A DNA stretch of 24,929 bases, taken from IMG/VR virus record IMGVR_UViG_3300044448_002809, positions 1-24,929 of that record; one strand, 5' to 3'. Source of the DNA: a virus (lineage: Duplodnaviria; Caudoviricetes). Position numbers and translations under genes: made by a program. Shown piece by piece: positions 22,830 through 24,929 of this stretch. The stretch's first letter is position 1. Each line of letters starts with the position of its first letter. The notes below the pieces were generated by a model that was not told the DNA's origin, searched no databases, and saw only the letters and a list, made by a program, of their open reading frames with translations.

Positions 22830-24929
22830 TTTTCAAAATGATATAAAGGGTAATGCAACAAATATTGTTCCACTTGTTCATATTGGAAACCAAAATGATT
22901 TTAATGATGAGAGCGATATTGGGATTAGATTAAGTACTGCACCACTTACTTATTATAATTCTCCCAAAACAATAACTTTCCATGCTTTACCATTATTATT
23001 AAATATTCCATCAATTAAAGAATCTGTTGATTTAAAAAATAGAAAATATAAAATAAATTCTGTTAGATTAGATATTTCAAATTATAGCTATAATGGAATA
23101 AAATTTTCTGATATTATTCCTGAGAATATAATTAATATGGAGTGTAGAATTTATTTAACTAGTCCAACTACTCATAGAGCATATTGGGAAGGTGGATCAG
23201 ACAAGCAAGATACTGATTTTGCACAAATATATAATGGAATAATTAAAAATCATACAATTAGTGAAAGTAAAATATCTATTACATTAGAAGATAGGACAGA
23301 ATTAGCACTTCATCAAGATTTACCTGTGCAAAATGATACCAATTGGCTTCCTAATGATTCTACTATTCCTGAAAAATATAGAGGCAAACCTAAACCTATT
23401 GCTTATGGTAGAGTAGATAAGAGTCCTTGTGTTATTGGAAATAATGGAAAAATAATAATAGATACAAAAAATATACAAAGATTAGTATCTAATACAAATC
23501 CTATATTTAGTAAATCTTATAATTCTTTATGTATAGGAGATAATGGAAAATTTATTACAGTAGTTCCTACATTTGAAGAAGACCTTGGCAGTACTGTTTC
23601 TGTAGAAGTTCAAGGAGAGGAAAATATAATAATATTAGACAAAATAGGTCAAAATCAATGGACTCATAGTCAAGATTCAAGTAATAATATTGCAGACCCT
23701 TATATACAACTAGCTACAAATAATTTATCAATTTCTAATAATGTATTACAATGTAGAGTTTTTCATAAACCTTCATCTGTAGAACTTGTAAAGAGGACAG
23801 GAGAAGATGAATTTAGTGAGGTAAACATATTAACTGAAGATGATTTGTTAACATTATCAAATAATGATTATTCAGATAATGTAGAACTAGATACAGCACT
23901 AACATTATTTAACACAGGATCAGTAACATCAGGTGATGTTTATAGAAAAATCTTTTACAGAATGAATATTTCTACTTCTATTAGTGTATCAGATTCTATA
24001 GAGTCTAGAACAAGAAATGTAGCAATAAATAGTATTTTATTACCAAAATGTTCTGTAGAGGAAGGTGCGGCAGTTGATATGCATAGAATATATGCTTATC
24101 CAATGGATGCTAGGAGTTACAATGAATCATTAGTAATTGGAACAACAGGAAATTTAACACATAGTTTATATAATGAAGCAGATTCTGGTGCTGTAAAATT
24201 TGATTTAAGAGAATTATTTGGATTTCCTGATTTTGATGGAAATGGGGTAAGTGGGAATATATATAATTATGATGATGGTGGCTCATCAAAATTTATAGAT
24301 ATTTACTTTGAAACTAATAATCAAGAAGATTTTGTTTCCTTGCCAATGTCTAGTAGTGGTGGTAGAATGATACCTGCTATATTTTTTTATGACTTATGTG
24401 GAATTAATGATTTCCTTGTAAATGAAGGTTTATATAGAATAGATTTTAGAGTACACTCGCAAACATCAGATGATGATATTGATGGGAGTACTGATTTTTT
24501 AATGGCTTCAGGTCTAGGCAGTTGTCAACAAAATTATTCAGGCAAATTACATGAATTTGATGTAGAAACTCTTGTTGATGTAGAAAATATATATAATAAA
24601 TCATATTATGCTAATATATATGGCAGAATAGATAATGATAATAACGTTATACAATCTCCTAAAGCTATAGTTATAGATATATTAAGAGACTTAACAGGTA
24701 ATGAAACTTTTACTCCATCAGGTGTTAATACTTATAGTACAAATTATTCAGGATTTTTTAATGCATTTACAGTTGACAAAAAAATAGAAAGTAAAAAATT
24801 AATAGAAAATGTATTATCTACTAGTCCTTTTATAGGTCGTTTTTCTAGCAATGGAGAATTTAAATTTTATGAAATACCAAGTAGTGGCTATAAAGGAGAG
24901 CAAGGCACTACGATAGATAAACTTATCCT
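22807..24929 (+). CDS. large tail/baseplate-hub-like protein, truncated at the window edge (not in ORF track)
   Basis: GAGGAG SD, ATG at 22807 (MALQLPLNFQNDI...), and the frame appears open to the end. GKPKPIAYG motif and position after the tape measure. Confidence 0.75.
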   Translation, partial: MALQLPLNFQNDIKGNATNIVPLVHIGNQNDFNDESDIGIRLSTAPLTYYNSPKTITFHALPLLLNIPSIKESVDLKNRKYKINSVRLDISNYSYNGIKFSDIIPENIINMECRIYLTSPTTHRAYWEGGSDKQDTDFAQIYNGIIKNHTISESKISITLEDRTELALHQDLPVQNDTNWLPNDSTIPEKYRGKPKPIAYGRVDKSPCVIGNNGKIIIDTKNIQRLVSNTNPIFSKSYNSLCIGDNGKFITVVPTFEEDLGSTVSVEVQGEENIIILDKIGQNQWTHSQDSSNNIADPYIQLATNNLSISNNVLQCRVFHKPSSVELVKRTGEDEFSEVNILTEDDLLTLSNNDYSDNVELDTALTLFNTGSVTSGDVYRKIFYRMNISTSISVSDSIESRTRNVAINSILLPKCSVEEGAAVDMHRIYAYPMDARSYNESLVIGTTGNLTHSLYNEADSGAVKFDLRELFGFPDFDGNGVSGNIYNYDDGGSSKFIDIYFETNNQEDFVSLPMSSSGGRMIPAIFFYDLCGINDFLVNEGLYRIDFRVHSQTSDDDIDGSTDFLMASGLGSCQQNYSGKLHEFDVETLVDVENIYNKSYYANIYGRIDNDNNVIQSPKAIVIDILRDLTGNETFTPSGVNTYSTNYSGFFNAFTVDKKIESKKLIENVLSTSPFIGRFSSNGEFKFYEIPSSGYKGEQGTTIDKLI

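Noticed and set aside
1-24929. Stop-codon reassignment (TAG or TGA) as an explanation of the TAG richness
   Set aside because: The standard code already gives near-complete coding density with intact core genes. TAG and TGA end genes right at the next start (for example 1058 and 13523).

Overview
An AT-rich fragment of a tailed dsDNA bacteriophage, probably a siphovirus (tail tube, frameshifted chaperone and tape measure, no clear sheath). It has two divergent arms. The left arm (1-3725, minus strand) is a tightly packed run of small, probably early genes, including a pyrimidine-dimer glycosylase, a Gp88-like Cys-rich protein and a SEC-C-motif protein. The right arm (3983-end, plus strand) is the morphogenesis region: terS, terL, portal, scaffold, major capsid, a lysis/phosphoesterase block, fibre-like proteins, neck, tail tube, tail chaperone with a -1 frameshift, tape measure and a truncated tail protein. 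The most striking unexplained signal is regional use of the palindrome CTAG. By hand I count about 49 copies in 1-3760, where I found no GATC, and none in 12046-16146. A GC-rich double palindrome at the divergence point is a candidate genome end or packaging site. All functional calls come from motif recognition and gene order, not database searches. All counts are manual and need computational confirmation.
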